From assembly GCA_041488235.1 (NCBI GenBank), contig JBGPOW010000003.1, forward strand, positions 1 to 57,670: a DNA stretch of 57,670 nt, read 5' to 3'. Positions 48,410 through 57,670 of this stretch are shown here, piece after piece; position 1 is the stretch's first letter, and each line of letters starts with the position of its first letter. Made by a program: the position numbers and the translations under genes. This stretch comes from Candidatus Binatia bacterium. GTDB taxonomy: Bacteria > Desulfobacterota > Binatia > UTPRO1. The notes beneath the pieces were generated by a model. The model was not told the DNA's origin. It saw nothing but the letters and a program-made list of their open reading frames with translations, and ran no database searches.

Positions 48410-51235
48410 ATGGCGCGGCGTGATAACGAGATCGACGAGGAGAAGAAATCCCGCAGCGTGCTCTTCCTGCTGTCGGCGATCGCGCTCCTCGTGACGGGCA
48501 TCTGGGCGGTGTGGAACGACAACATCTCGCGCCGCCCGTGGAAGCTCTTCCAGTACGAGTTTCGCAACCTCGAGTACGAGCGCGCACAGGGCGCGCTCGC
48601 CGCGGAGCAGGCGCGGCTCGAGGCGGATCCGCAGTACCAGGATCTGCAAAAACAGCTCGTTGCCGCGCGCCAGAGTCTCACCGAAGGCGAGACCGCGCGC
48701 CAAATCGCCGACCGGCAGGCGCAGCTCGCCGCGCTCGAGAAGCGGCTCGCCGTCGTCGATCTCGATCTCCGCTTCGTGAAGAGTGAGCTCGAGGAAGCGT
48801 GGTACCAACTCGATCACGCGCGCGAGTTCAACCAGCCCGAAGAGCCGCGGCGCGCCCGCATCGACAAGCTCGAGGCGCACCGCGTGGAGACGAAGAAGGC
48901 GTACGACGACCTCACCCATCAGAAGGAGCAGCTCGAGAACGAGGTGAAGGAGCTGCAGGCGGGCGTGAAGACGCTCGAGGACAAGGTGGTCGAGGTCGCC
49001 GCCGAGCGTACCAAGCTCGAGCAGAAGGTCGAGGGCATGGTCGTCCTCCACCTCGGCCCGATCAAGATGCTGCAGGTGCCGCGCATCGAGCAGACGGTCA
49101 TCGAGGAGTACGACCGCAACGCCTACAAGCAGCCGGTCGCGCGTGTCGATCGTTGCGTGTCGTGCCACACCGGCATCGACAAGCCGGGCTTCGAGGATCA
49201 GCCGAACCCGTTCAGGACGCATCCCGATCGCGAGCACCTCCTCGCCATGCATCCGCCCGACAAGTTCGGCTGCACGCCCTGCCACGACGGCCAAGGCGCG
49301 AGCGTCAACAGCGTCGCCCAGGCGCACGGTGACGTGCCGTTCTGGGAGTTCCCGCTGCTGCGCGGCGAGAAGGTGCAGGCGCGCTGCAACAAGTGTCACA
49401 TGGACGTCGCCGACATCAGCCACACCGACCACATCGCCGCCGGCCAGAAGCTCTTCGAGAACCTCGGCTGCACCGGCTGCCATCTCGTCGAGGGTCTCGA
49501 GGACCTGCCGAAGGTCGGGCCGTATTTGCGCCGCATCGGCGCCAAGGTCGACCCGTCGTGGCTGACGCGCTGGGTGACGAACCCGCATCAGTTCCGGCCG
49601 AGCACGAAGATGCCGAACTTCCTCTTCACGCCGGAGCAGGGCACGGCGGTCGCCGCGTATCTGCTGAAGGCGTCGGCGAAGGAATCCGAGGAGTGGCTCG
49701 CGCAATATCCCGAGCCGACGGGCGTCGATCCGAAAAGCGCCGCGCTCGTCGCGCGCGGCCGCGAGATCACCGAGCAGATCGGGTGCAAGGGTTGTCACGC
49801 GTTCGCGCCCGGCGAGCACGGCCCGCGTCTCGGTGCCGGCACGGACGAGGTGGTGAACGTCGCGACGACGTCGGCCGGTGACGGCGCCGCGCCGTACGAC
49901 GGCGTCGTGCCGGCGGCCGCGCACGAGGGCGCGCAGCCGCCGGAGGGGACGCAGCTCCGCAGCAGCAAGGACATCGCGCCGAACCTCGCGAGCGTCGCCG
50001 AGAAGACGAACCGCCGCTGGATCTTCCATTGGCTGAAGAACCCGCGCCATTTCTCGCCCGTCTCGCGTATGCCGAGCCTGCGCCTCGCCGACGAGGAGGC
50101 GGCGGCGGTGACGTCGTATCTCCTCACGCTCGGCGCGCCGAAGCCCGAGCCGGCGGAGCGGCTCGCGGCGCTCGGGCGTCCGGAGACGATCGCCGACGGC
50201 GAGAAGCTCGTCCGCAAGTACGGTTGCGCCGGCTGTCACGACATCCCCGGCATGGAGAACGAGTCGCGCATCGGCGTCGAGCTCTCGACCTTCGGCGGCA
50301 AGACCGTCGAGGAGCTCTTCTTCGGCGACCGCTACGACATCCCGCGCACGTGGGACGACTGGACGCTCAACAAGATCCGTACGCCACGCACCTACGCCAC
50401 CGAGCGCATCGAGCAGGTGATGCCGCAGTTCGATCTGCCGGACGACGACATCAAGGAGCTGAAGGTCTTCTTGACGAGCCGCAGCGAGCACGTCGTTCCC
50501 GTGAAGTACCGCTACAAGCCGAACGACGCCGTGCAGAAGCAGATCGTCGACGGCGAGCGCCTGATCACCAAATACAACTGCACGGGCTGCCATCAGATCG
50601 AAGGCAAAGGCGGCTTCATCCGCGCCTTCTATCAAGACAATCTCACGCTGGCGCCGCCGGCGTTCTTCGGCGAGGGCGCCAAGGTGCAGCCGGATTGGCT
50701 CTTCGGCTTCTTGAAGAGCCCGGTCTCGATCCGTCCGTGGCTGAAGCTGCGGATGCCGACCTTCAACCTCTCCGACGAGGACGCGAAGACGCTCGTCGAC
50801 TATTTCACGGCGCGGGCACGTAACGAGGCGCCGTTCGTCTACGTCGATACAGGCGCGATCGCGCCCGAGACGATCGCCGCCGCGAAGCAGCTGATGTCGC
50901 CGGACTACTTCAATTGCTTCTCGTGTCACGTGCAGGGCGACAAGAACCCCGAGGGACCGCCCGAAGGCTGGGCACCGAATCTGGCGATGGCGAAGCATCG
51001 CTTGAACCCGGATTGGATCGTGCAGTGGATTCACGATCCGCAGAAGCTGTCGCCGGGGACGAAGATGCCGTCGTTCTATCCCGGCGGCCCCGACGACATT
51101 TTCGGCGGCGACGAGGAGAAGCAGATCCGCGCCATCCGCGACTATCTCATGGTGCTGGGGACGCCGGCGGCCGATCGCGTTGGGACGCAGGTGGCGCAGG
51201 GCGCGGGCGGCGCGAAGGCGCAGACCGCGCATTGA
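48410..51235 (+). CDS. Membrane-anchored octaheme cytochrome c with coiled-coil stalk
   Basis: Eight CxxCH (CVSCH, CTPCH, CNKCH, CTGCH, CKGCH, CAGCH, CTGCH, CFSCH); several MP distal-ligand motifs; N-terminal TM and long coiled coil. Confidence 0.93.
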   Translation: MARRDNEIDEEKKSRSVLFLLSAIALLVTGIWAVWNDNISRRPWKLFQYEFRNLEYERAQGALAAEQARLEADPQYQDLQKQLVAARQSLTEGETARQIADRQAQLAALEKRLAVVDLDLRFVKSELEEAWYQLDHAREFNQPEEPRRARIDKLEAHRVETKKAYDDLTHQKEQLENEVKELQAGVKTLEDKVVEVAAERTKLEQKVEGMVVLHLGPIKMLQVPRIEQTVIEEYDRNAYKQPVARVDRCVSCHTGIDKPGFEDQPNPFRTHPDREHLLAMHPPDKFGCTPCHDGQGASVNSVAQAHGDVPFWEFPLLRGEKVQARCNKCHMDVADISHTDHIAAGQKLFENLGCTGCHLVEGLEDLPKVGPYLRRIGAKVDPSWLTRWVTNPHQFRPSTKMPNFLFTPEQGTAVAAYLLKASAKESEEWLAQYPEPTGVDPKSAALVARGREITEQIGCKGCHAFAPGEHGPRLGAGTDEVVNVATTSAGDGAAPYDGVVPAAAHEGAQPPEGTQLRSSKDIAPNLASVAEKTNRRWIFHWLKNPRHFSPVSRMPSLRLADEEAAAVTSYLLTLGAPKPEPAERLAALGRPETIADGEKLVRKYGCAGCHDIPGMENESRIGVELSTFGGKTVEELFFGDRYDIPRTWDDWTLNKIRTPRTYATERIEQVMPQFDLPDDDIKELKVFLTSRSEHVVPVKYRYKPNDAVQKQIVDGERLITKYNCTGCHQIEGKGGFIRAFYQDNLTLAPPAFFGEGAKVQPDWLFGFLKSPVSIRPWLKLRMPTFNLSDEDAKTLVDYFTARARNEAPFVYVDTGAIAPETIAAAKQLMSPDYFNCFSCHVQGDKNPEGPPEGWAPNLAMAKHRLNPDWIVQWIHDPQKLSPGTKMPSFYPGGPDDIFGGDEEKQIRAIRDYLMVLGTPAADRVGTQVAQGAGGAKAQTAH

Positions 51236-51300
51236 GCGCGACGTCGGCGGACGAGACGTGTTGAAGAGTGGCGATCACGCCAACAACAAAGGAGACGATC

Positions 51301-52023
51301 ATGCATAGAGTGATGCTGGGTGCGGTGGCGCTGCTGGCGGCGTCGGTGCTCGCGGCGCAGGTTTCGGCGTACGAGGGTGTCGACGTCGCCAATGGCGGCT
51401 CGGTCAGCGGCGAGGTGAAATATCAGGGCGATCCTCCCGCGCCCGCGAAGATCGCGGTCACGAAGGACAACGAGGTCTGCGGCAAGGAAAAGGAGTCCCC
51501 TGACCTGATCGTCGGGGCCGACAAGGGCATCGCCAACGTCGTCGTCCGCATCAGCAACATTCAGAAGGGCAAGAAGCTCGCTCCCGCGGCGACGCCCCCC
51601 GTCTTCGACCAGAAAGGTTGCGAGTACTCGCCGCACGTCCTCGCGTTCCCCGCGGGCTCGACGGTGCAGATCCTGAACAGCGACGGCATCCTCCACAACG
51701 TCCACACCACGTCGACCGCGAACCCGTCGTTCAACCAGGCGCAGCCGAAGTTCAAGAAGACGATCGAGGCGAAGATCGAGAAGCCCGAGATGCCGATCAA
51801 AGTTCAGTGCGACGCCCACGGCTGGATGCACGCCTGGTGGGTCTCCGAGGATCATCCGTACTACGCCGTGACCGATGCGAAGGGCGCCTTCAAGATCGCC
51901 GACGTACCGCCGGGCGACTACGAGCTCGAGTTCTGGCACGAGACGCTCGGGAAGCAGACGCAGAAAGTGTCGGTGAAGGCGAAGGAAGACGCGAAGGTCA
52001 ACGTGCAGATGACGAAGAAGTAG
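51301..52023 (+). CDS. Secreted cupredoxin-like / carboxypeptidase-regulatory-like domain protein
   Basis: Signal peptide, DQKGC.Y.PHV, NSDGILHNVH, CDAHGWM, WHETLG; AAGGAG RBS. Confidence 0.82.
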   Translation: MHRVMLGAVALLAASVLAAQVSAYEGVDVANGGSVSGEVKYQGDPPAPAKIAVTKDNEVCGKEKESPDLIVGADKGIANVVVRISNIQKGKKLAPAATPPVFDQKGCEYSPHVLAFPAGSTVQILNSDGILHNVHTTSTANPSFNQAQPKFKKTIEAKIEKPEMPIKVQCDAHGWMHAWWVSEDHPYYAVTDAKGAFKIADVPPGDYELEFWHETLGKQTQKVSVKAKEDAKVNVQMTKK

Positions 52024-52065
52024 TCGCCCGTCGGCGCTCAAGCGGAGCGCAGACCTCGCGATGTG

Positions 52066-52095
52066 CGGGCGCCGCGACGACGGTCGCGGCGCCCG
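52066..52095. terminator. Hairpin ending the Rieske/cytochrome b operon
   Basis: CGGGCGCCGCGAC-GACG-GTCGCGGCGCCCG perfect 13-bp stem between convergent genes. Confidence 0.6.
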
Positions 52096-52191
52096 TGCCG
52101 TTTCTGGGCGCAGTTCTGGGCGAGACATACGCCGGCGCAATCGGTCGTCGTCGCCGTGCGCGGCGCAGGATCAGTCGTCGGCTGCGGAGGA

Positions 52192-53883
52192 TCAGTCGTC
52201 GTCGGTGCGGCGCTCGACGGTGAGCTCGAGCCAGCCAGTCGGTGCACCGTCGATCCGGCAGAGCGCGTACACCGTCTCGACGACGCTGCCCGCGGCGCCG
52301 GGGCGGCGCACGGGGATCGGCCGCTCGAGCGTCGCGTCGAGGGTGTCCGACGCGCCGCCCGCACCGTCGACGCGGATGCGCAGCGCTCCGTCGCCGAGGC
52401 GCACGTCGGCGACGCCGCGCGCCGGCGCCGCTCGTGTCCCGCTCCACGCGACGCCGTCGACGTCGAAGCGAAACGCGGCGGTGAACGGCCGTGACGGGTC
52501 ACCGGCGACGTCGCTCACGACGCTCGACCGCAAGTCGAGGTCGCCGAGCACCGTCCCCGGCAAGACGAGACGCACGTTGGGGCGCGGTGCCGACGGCGCC
52601 AGCCCTTCGCTCGCCGCTCCCCGCACGTCCATGCGGTAGCGTGCGTCGTCGACGCGGACGATCCCGGTGACCACGCCGAAGCGGGCGGCCGCGGGTGCGA
52701 GGTCGGCGAGCGGGGCCGTCGGCGTGAAGCGTAGTTGGACCTCGGCGTCGACGAGGGTGCCGGCGGCGAGGCCGCGCTCGAGATCGGCGAACGGGGTGAG
52801 GATGGGAAACGCGAGCATCGGTCCGGTGAAGCGTACGTCGAACGCGTGGTGATCGCGCGCCTCGATGCGCAGCGCCGGGACGTGCAGGGACTGGCCGCCG
52901 CGCTCGACGAGCTCACCCGTGAAGAGCGCGAGGCGCCCGGCCGCGTCGGTGACGAGCAAGCGTCCGGCCGTCGCTCCCGCGGTGCCGACGTCGATACTGC
53001 CGAACACGGCGACGGGACCGCTCGCCGCCTGGATGCCGATCCGTGTCGTCGGTTTGCCGCCGCAGCCGAGTGGACCGACGACGGCTGTCGTCGCCCCCGG
53101 CGCCGCGCCGACGCTCGCGCCCTGCGCATCGTCGCTCGCGAGCAGGACGGCGCCGGCGCCGGTCGCCGCTCCGACCTCCGGCGGCGCCGTGAGCACCTCG
53201 ACGAGCGTCTCGACGAACGCGGCGCGCCGCGGCCCGCGCCATCGGAGGGGGATTCCGAGCTCGAGCTGCACCGCCTCGACGCGGTCGGCGAGCGTCGCCA
53301 GACGCCGCAGCAGCGGATCGGCCTCGTCGGCGTGGCGCGCCGTCAAGAGCTGCATCACGTTGCTCGAATGCGCCGCCGGGTAGCGGGCGCCGATCGTCAC
53401 CAGCGCGCCGCGCGCGCACGCGCGCCGCTGCAAGAGGCGCAGCCGGTTCTGGAGAAACGCCGGCGAGACGGTCGCATGGCCGCGCGCCGCGGGCCGGCAG
53501 ATGCCGTTCTCCTCGATGAGGCCGACGCCGAGGTCACAGACCGATTGGACGACGTTCCAGCCGTGGACGGCGAGCAGCGTCGCGCCGCCGTGTGCCGCGA
53601 CCATCTCCTCGAGCGTCGTCGCCAGGAGATCGAGCAGCCACGGCGCTCGCTCGCGCACCTGCTGCGTGCGGTTCAGATCGAGCTCGTTGCGGTCGCGGGT
53701 CTCGTTGACGATCCACGTCGCGTCGCACGCGGTTCCGAGCTCGCGCGTGAGGTCGGCGGTGTGGAGATCGTTCACGTTGTCGCGGCCGGGACGGCGCGGC
53801 AACGTGCGGCGGGCGCCGTGCGGCGCGAACAGGAGAAGCGGCGCCGTGCCCCGTCGGACCTCGATCCACTCGGGCACGGCCAT
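52192..53883 (-). CDS. Hypothetical protein with N-terminal Zn-peptidase/amidohydrolase-like domain; alternative start 53925
   Basis: APHG, NDLHT, DLN, AVHGW, AVQLELG..LR resemble N-formylglutamate amidohydrolase / poly-gamma-glutamate hydrolase motifs. Confidence 0.6.
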   Translation of the reverse strand: MAVPEWIEVRRGTAPLLLFAPHGARRTLPRRPGRDNVNDLHTADLTRELGTACDATWIVNETRDRNELDLNRTQQVRERAPWLLDLLATTLEEMVAAHGGATLLAVHGWNVVQSVCDLGVGLIEENGICRPAARGHATVSPAFLQNRLRLLQRRACARGALVTIGARYPAAHSSNVMQLLTARHADEADPLLRRLATLADRVEAVQLELGIPLRWRGPRRAAFVETLVEVLTAPPEVGAATGAGAVLLASDDAQGASVGAAPGATTAVVGPLGCGGKPTTRIGIQAASGPVAVFGSIDVGTAGATAGRLLVTDAAGRLALFTGELVERGGQSLHVPALRIEARDHHAFDVRFTGPMLAFPILTPFADLERGLAAGTLVDAEVQLRFTPTAPLADLAPAAARFGVVTGIVRVDDARYRMDVRGAASEGLAPSAPRPNVRLVLPGTVLGDLDLRSSVVSDVAGDPSRPFTAAFRFDVDGVAWSGTRAAPARGVADVRLGDGALRIRVDGAGGASDTLDATLERPIPVRRPGAAGSVVETVYALCRIDGAPTGWLELTVERRTDDD

Positions 53884-54109
53884 CGTCGACGCGCCGCTCG
53901 GGTCCTGCGGTTCGCGGCCGCTCATCGCGCACCTGGGACGCGCATGCGAGGGTTGTAGCGGCTCGCAACGACGCCGTCATCCGCGGGTAAACGCGACGTA
54001 ACGCGGCCACGATAGCATCGGCGAGGATTTCATCTCGAGCCGGAGCGACGTAGAGTACCCGCGTGATCGCGTCGAGAGCTTTCCATCCGCGCGCGGCGCT
54101 CCCCGTCGC

Positions 54110-55648
54110 ATGAAAGTGGCGGCCATCGACATCGGCAGCAACTCGATCCACATGGTGGTCGCGCGCATCGACGCCGACGGCCATTTCACTCTCCTCGACC
54201 GAGCCAAGGAGATGGTCCGGCTCGGCAAGGGGACGCTCGCCGCCCGCGCGCTGTCGCGCGACGCGATGCAAGCCGGGATGCAGACGCTCGCGACGTTCAA
54301 GCGCCTCGCAGATACGCAGCAGACGGACCGCGTCATCGCCGTCGCGACGAGCGCCGTCCGCGAGGCGAAGAACGGCGGCGATTTCATCGCCCAGATCGGG
54401 CGCGAGCTCGGCATTCACGTCGATCTCATCACCGGGCGCGAGGAGGCGCGACTCATCCACCTCGCCGTGACCAACGCCCTCGACCTGCGCGAGGGGTGGA
54501 CGGTGCTCGTCGACATCGGCGGCGGCAGCGTCGAGCTCGGCCTCGCCGAACGCGGGATCGTCAAGGTGCAGGAGAGCCTCAAGCTCGGCGTCCTCCGCCT
54601 CGCGGAGCGTTTCTTCGCCCACGAGCCGCCGGCGCGCGACGAGGTGGACGCGCTCGAGGAGTACCTCGACCGCCAGCTCGCGGCGTTCTACAAACGTGCA
54701 CGCGCAATCGAGATTGCGCGCCTCGTCGCCACCTCCGGAACCGTGTTGAACCTCGCCGCGATCGCGCTGCAGATGGACGGGGGCGCTGCGCCCGAGCGTC
54801 TGCACGGGGTCACGTTGCGCGCGAAGGACATCCAGCGGGTGCGGAAGCTCATCGTGCGCAGTGACCGCGAGGAGCGGCAGCGTCTGCCCGGCCTCGACCG
54901 CCGCCGCGTCGACACGATCGTGCCGGGTGCCATCCTGCTCGATCACGTGATGCGGCGCTTGGAGCTGCCGGAGCTCGTCACCTGCGAGTGGGCGTTGCGC
55001 GAAGGCGTGCTCCTCGACTTCGTCCGGCGGCACGGCAAGGAGATCGAGGAGAACGAGACGATCGCCGACCCGCGCCGGCGCAGCGTGCTGCATCTCGGGC
55101 GGCGGCTCAACTTCGAGGAAGGACACAGCCAACAGGTCGCGCGCCTCGCGGTCGCGCTCTTCGACCAGACGGTGGGGCGTCACGGGCTCGGGCCGCGCGA
55201 GCGCGAATGGCTCGAGTACGCCGCGTTGTTGCACGACGTCGGCAATCACATTGCGCACGCGCGGCATCACCGGCATTCCTACTATTTGATCGTGCACGGG
55301 GAGCTCTTGGGATTCGATCCGAAGGAGATCGGCCTCATCGCGGCGCTCGCGCGCTACCATCGCAAGGCCGGACCGAAGGACGACGACGAGGAGCTCGCCG
55401 CGCTGCCGAACGGGATGCGCGCCGCGGTGCCGCCGCTCGCGGCGCTCTTGCGCGTCGCGGACGCGCTCGACCGCAGCCACTTCGGCGTCGTGCGCGAGGT
55501 CACCGTCGGCGGACGCGGCAAGGACGTCAAAATCAGCGTGCGCACTGCCGGAAACGACGCGGAGCTCGAGCTCTGGGCGGCCCGTCGCAAGGCCGACATC
55601 TTCGAGCAGGTGTTCGACGCGCACGTGAGCTTACAGGTCGAGGAGTGA
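54110..55648 (+). CDS. ppx: Ppx/GppA phosphatase with HD domain
   Basis: IDIGSNS, ATSAVREA, EEARL, DIGGGSVE, LREG, LLHDVG. Confidence 0.95.
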   Translation: MKVAAIDIGSNSIHMVVARIDADGHFTLLDRAKEMVRLGKGTLAARALSRDAMQAGMQTLATFKRLADTQQTDRVIAVATSAVREAKNGGDFIAQIGRELGIHVDLITGREEARLIHLAVTNALDLREGWTVLVDIGGGSVELGLAERGIVKVQESLKLGVLRLAERFFAHEPPARDEVDALEEYLDRQLAAFYKRARAIEIARLVATSGTVLNLAAIALQMDGGAAPERLHGVTLRAKDIQRVRKLIVRSDREERQRLPGLDRRRVDTIVPGAILLDHVMRRLELPELVTCEWALREGVLLDFVRRHGKEIEENETIADPRRRSVLHLGRRLNFEEGHSQQVARLAVALFDQTVGRHGLGPREREWLEYAALLHDVGNHIAHARHHRHSYYLIVHGELLGFDPKEIGLIAALARYHRKAGPKDDDEELAALPNGMRAAVPPLAALLRVADALDRSHFGVVREVTVGGRGKDVKISVRTAGNDAELELWAARRKADIFEQVFDAHVSLQVEE

Positions 55649-55652
55649 GGCC

Positions 55653-56345
55653 ATGAACGGGCTGTCGCTGCCGCATCCGTATCCAGGGAAGCTGATCATC
55701 GTCGAAGGCATCGACGGCTCGGGAAAATCGACGCAGATCTCGCTCCTGCACCGCTGGCTCCTCGCGCTCGGGCACAAGGTGTTCTTCACCGAGTGGAACT
55801 CGTCGGCGCTCGTGCGCCGCGCGGTCCGCCGCGGCAAGAAGAAGGACCTCCTCACCCCGACGACGTTCAGCATCTTGCACGCCGTCGATTTCGCCGATCG
55901 CCTCACCTACAAGATCATCCCGCCGCTCAAGGCGGGCATGACCGTGCTCGCCGATCGCTACGTGTACACCGCGTTCGGCCGCGACGTCGCGCGCGGCGTC
56001 GACAGCGAGTGGGTGCGAAACGTGTACAGCTTCGCGCCGAAGCCGGATCTGGCGCTCTATTTCCGCGTCCCGATCGAGGTGTCGTTGCAGCGCATCTTGA
56101 TCGGCCGCACGAAGCTCAAGTACCACGAGGCCGGCATGGACCTCGGCCTGAGCCGCGACCCGGCGGAGAGCTTTCGCTTGTTTCAAAGCCAGGTCCTCGT
56201 GATCTACGACGAACTGGTGCGCGAGTTCGGCCTCGACGTCGTCGACGCGACGGCCGACATCAATCAACAGCAGCAGCAGGTGCGGCACTTGGTTGCCGAC
56301 GTTCTCGGGCTCGTGAAGGGGGAGCGGAATGCACGACGCGGATAA
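55653..56345 (+). CDS. Thymidylate-kinase-like protein 1 (intact P-loop)
   Basis: EGIDGSGKST, ADRY; TEWNSS replaces the canonical TREPG. Confidence 0.88.
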   Translation: MNGLSLPHPYPGKLIIVEGIDGSGKSTQISLLHRWLLALGHKVFFTEWNSSALVRRAVRRGKKKDLLTPTTFSILHAVDFADRLTYKIIPPLKAGMTVLADRYVYTAFGRDVARGVDSEWVRNVYSFAPKPDLALYFRVPIEVSLQRILIGRTKLKYHEAGMDLGLSRDPAESFRLFQSQVLVIYDELVREFGLDVVDATADINQQQQQVRHLVADVLGLVKGERNARRG

Positions 56346-57111
56346 GCTCTTCTACGGGAACGGTCTGCCGTACCTGAAGGTCGGCCCGCTCAAGGGAAGC
56401 CTGATCGTCATCGAGGGGACGGACGGCGTCGGCCGCTCGACGCAGATCGAGGCGCTGACGCGCTGGCTCGAGGTCCAGGGCTACGGCGTCGTGAACACCG
56501 GGTGGACGCGGTCGCCGCTCCTGTCGGAGACGATCAACGAGGCGAAAGCCGGCCACGAGCTGAACGTCACGACGTTCAGCCTGCTGTACGCCGCCGACTT
56601 CGCCGACCGCCTGGAGAACCAGATCATCCCGGCGCTCCGTGCCGGGTTCATCGTGCTCGCCGACCGCTACATGTACACGGCGTTCGCCCGCAACGCCGTC
56701 ATGGGCGCGGACGCACAGTGGACGCGCAAGCTCTTCGGCTTCGCCGTCGTCCCGGACCTCGTCCTGTACCTCAAGATCGACGTTCGCCGCCTGATTCCGC
56801 GCGTCCTCGAATCGAAGGGGATGGACTACTGGGAATCGGGCATGCACCTGAAGCTCGGCGGCGACATCTTCGATTCGTTCCGTCGCTATCAAGCGCGCCT
56901 GATCCGCGAGTACGACGCGATCGCCGAGGAGCTCGCGTTCGTCACCGTCGACGCGTGCCGTCCCGTCGACGCCATCCAGCAGGATCTGCGGGCGCACATC
57001 GCGCGCTACCTCGCCGGCGAGCGGCCTGGACGCACGCGGCGTGCGACGTCCAGTGTCCGGCGCCCGGTCGCGGCGGCGGTGCGGACGGCGGCGCGCGCCA
57101 AGATGCGGTGA
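56329..57111 (+). CDS. Thymidylate-kinase-like protein 2 (P-loop Lys to Arg)
   Basis: EGTDGVGRST, ADRY; clear paralog of the upstream gene (TTFS, DFADRL, YTAF, GM.L.L..D..DSF). Confidence 0.88.
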   Translation: MHDADKLFYGNGLPYLKVGPLKGSLIVIEGTDGVGRSTQIEALTRWLEVQGYGVVNTGWTRSPLLSETINEAKAGHELNVTTFSLLYAADFADRLENQIIPALRAGFIVLADRYMYTAFARNAVMGADAQWTRKLFGFAVVPDLVLYLKIDVRRLIPRVLESKGMDYWESGMHLKLGGDIFDSFRRYQARLIREYDAIAEELAFVTVDACRPVDAIQQDLRAHIARYLAGERPGRTRRATSSVRRPVAAAVRTAARAKMR

Positions 57112-57670
57112 CCCGCGCGACACGCGCCGCCGGTTTCGTCTTCACGATCGCGGGCGCGCTCGCGTGCGCGGCCTGCACGCAGCGCGATGCTCCCACCGGC
57201 GCACCGTTCGCGCGCTCCGCTGCTCCGGTCTGCCTCGTCGTCGTCGACGGGCTCGACGCCCGCGATGTGAACGACGATATGCCGGAGCTGGCGCGCACGT
57301 GGCGTGAGGGCCGCTGGTGTCCCGGCGCGCACGGCCGCGCGGCGATGCCGGCCCGCACCAACGTGAACCACGCGACGCTCGTGACCGGCGTCTATCCGGA
57401 GGTTCACGGCGTCACCGGAAACGCGTTCTGGGCACGGACCTCCGACCCGCCACGGAAGCTCGGCGCAGCGGTGGATTTCCTCACCGAGACGCTCTTCACG
57501 CTCGCCGCGGCGCAGGTGCCGCCGCTGCGGACGGCGATCGCCGTCGGCAAGCCGAAGCTCGAGCTCATGTTCGCGACGACTACGGCCGGACGTGCGACGC
57601 CTGACGGCATCTGGAGTCCGAAGGATGCGCCGTCGTCGGCACGCGACAACGCCACGAGCTACGCGTTCGA
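57108..57670 (+). CDS. Alkaline phosphatase superfamily (NPP/phosphodiesterase-like) lipoprotein, truncated by the window end
   Basis: Manual translation: lipobox-like ACAAC, VVVDGL, MPARTNVNHATLVTGVYPEVHGVTGN; GTGA overlap with the upstream stop. Confidence 0.82.
   Translation, partial: MTRATRAAGFVFTIAGALACAACTQRDAPTGAPFARSAAPVCLVVVDGLDARDVNDDMPELARTWREGRWCPGAHGRAAMPARTNVNHATLVTGVYPEVHGVTGNAFWARTSDPPRKLGAAVDFLTETLFTLAAAQVPPLRTAIAVGKPKLELMFATTTAGRATPDGIWSPKDAPSSARDNATSYAF

Noticed and set aside
48203-51232. 1009-aa antisense ORF, and similar long ORFs such as 24849..27212 (-), 53534..55624 (-) and 16128..17786 (-)
   Set aside because: Shadow frames opposite well-supported genes; expected in high-GC DNA; Arg/Ala-rich with no motifs.

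Overview
A GC-rich (about 70% by eye), gene-dense bacterial core-genome segment. Gene style suggests a deltaproteobacterial-type lineage such as Binatia; this is inference only. Housekeeping genes include trpS-scpA-scpB-rluB, tRNA-fMet, ettA, infA, HU, trmB, efp and a class II aldolase. There are two bioenergetic clusters. One is an operon with all seven hydrophilic complex I subunits in scrambled order (nuoB-G-I-C-D-E-F) and no membrane subunits. The other is a Rieske/split cytochrome b complex with two tiny membrane ORFs, an octaheme cytochrome c and a cupredoxin-like protein. Also present: a sigma54 signalling locus containing an unannotated Flp-like pilin, a GldAFG/DUF4340-type ABC operon, a siroheme nitrite/sulfite reductase, and a ppx locus with tandem thymidylate-kinase-like genes that may form a heteromeric polyphosphate kinase. 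Non-coding signals include three dispersed copies of a hairpin repeat with covarying stems, a 22-bp inverted-repeat element, three sigma54 promoters, several apparently leaderless promoters and a terminator-like leader. I saw no transposase, integrase, phage gene or CRISPR array. All calls come from reading motifs by eye; no database searches were run.
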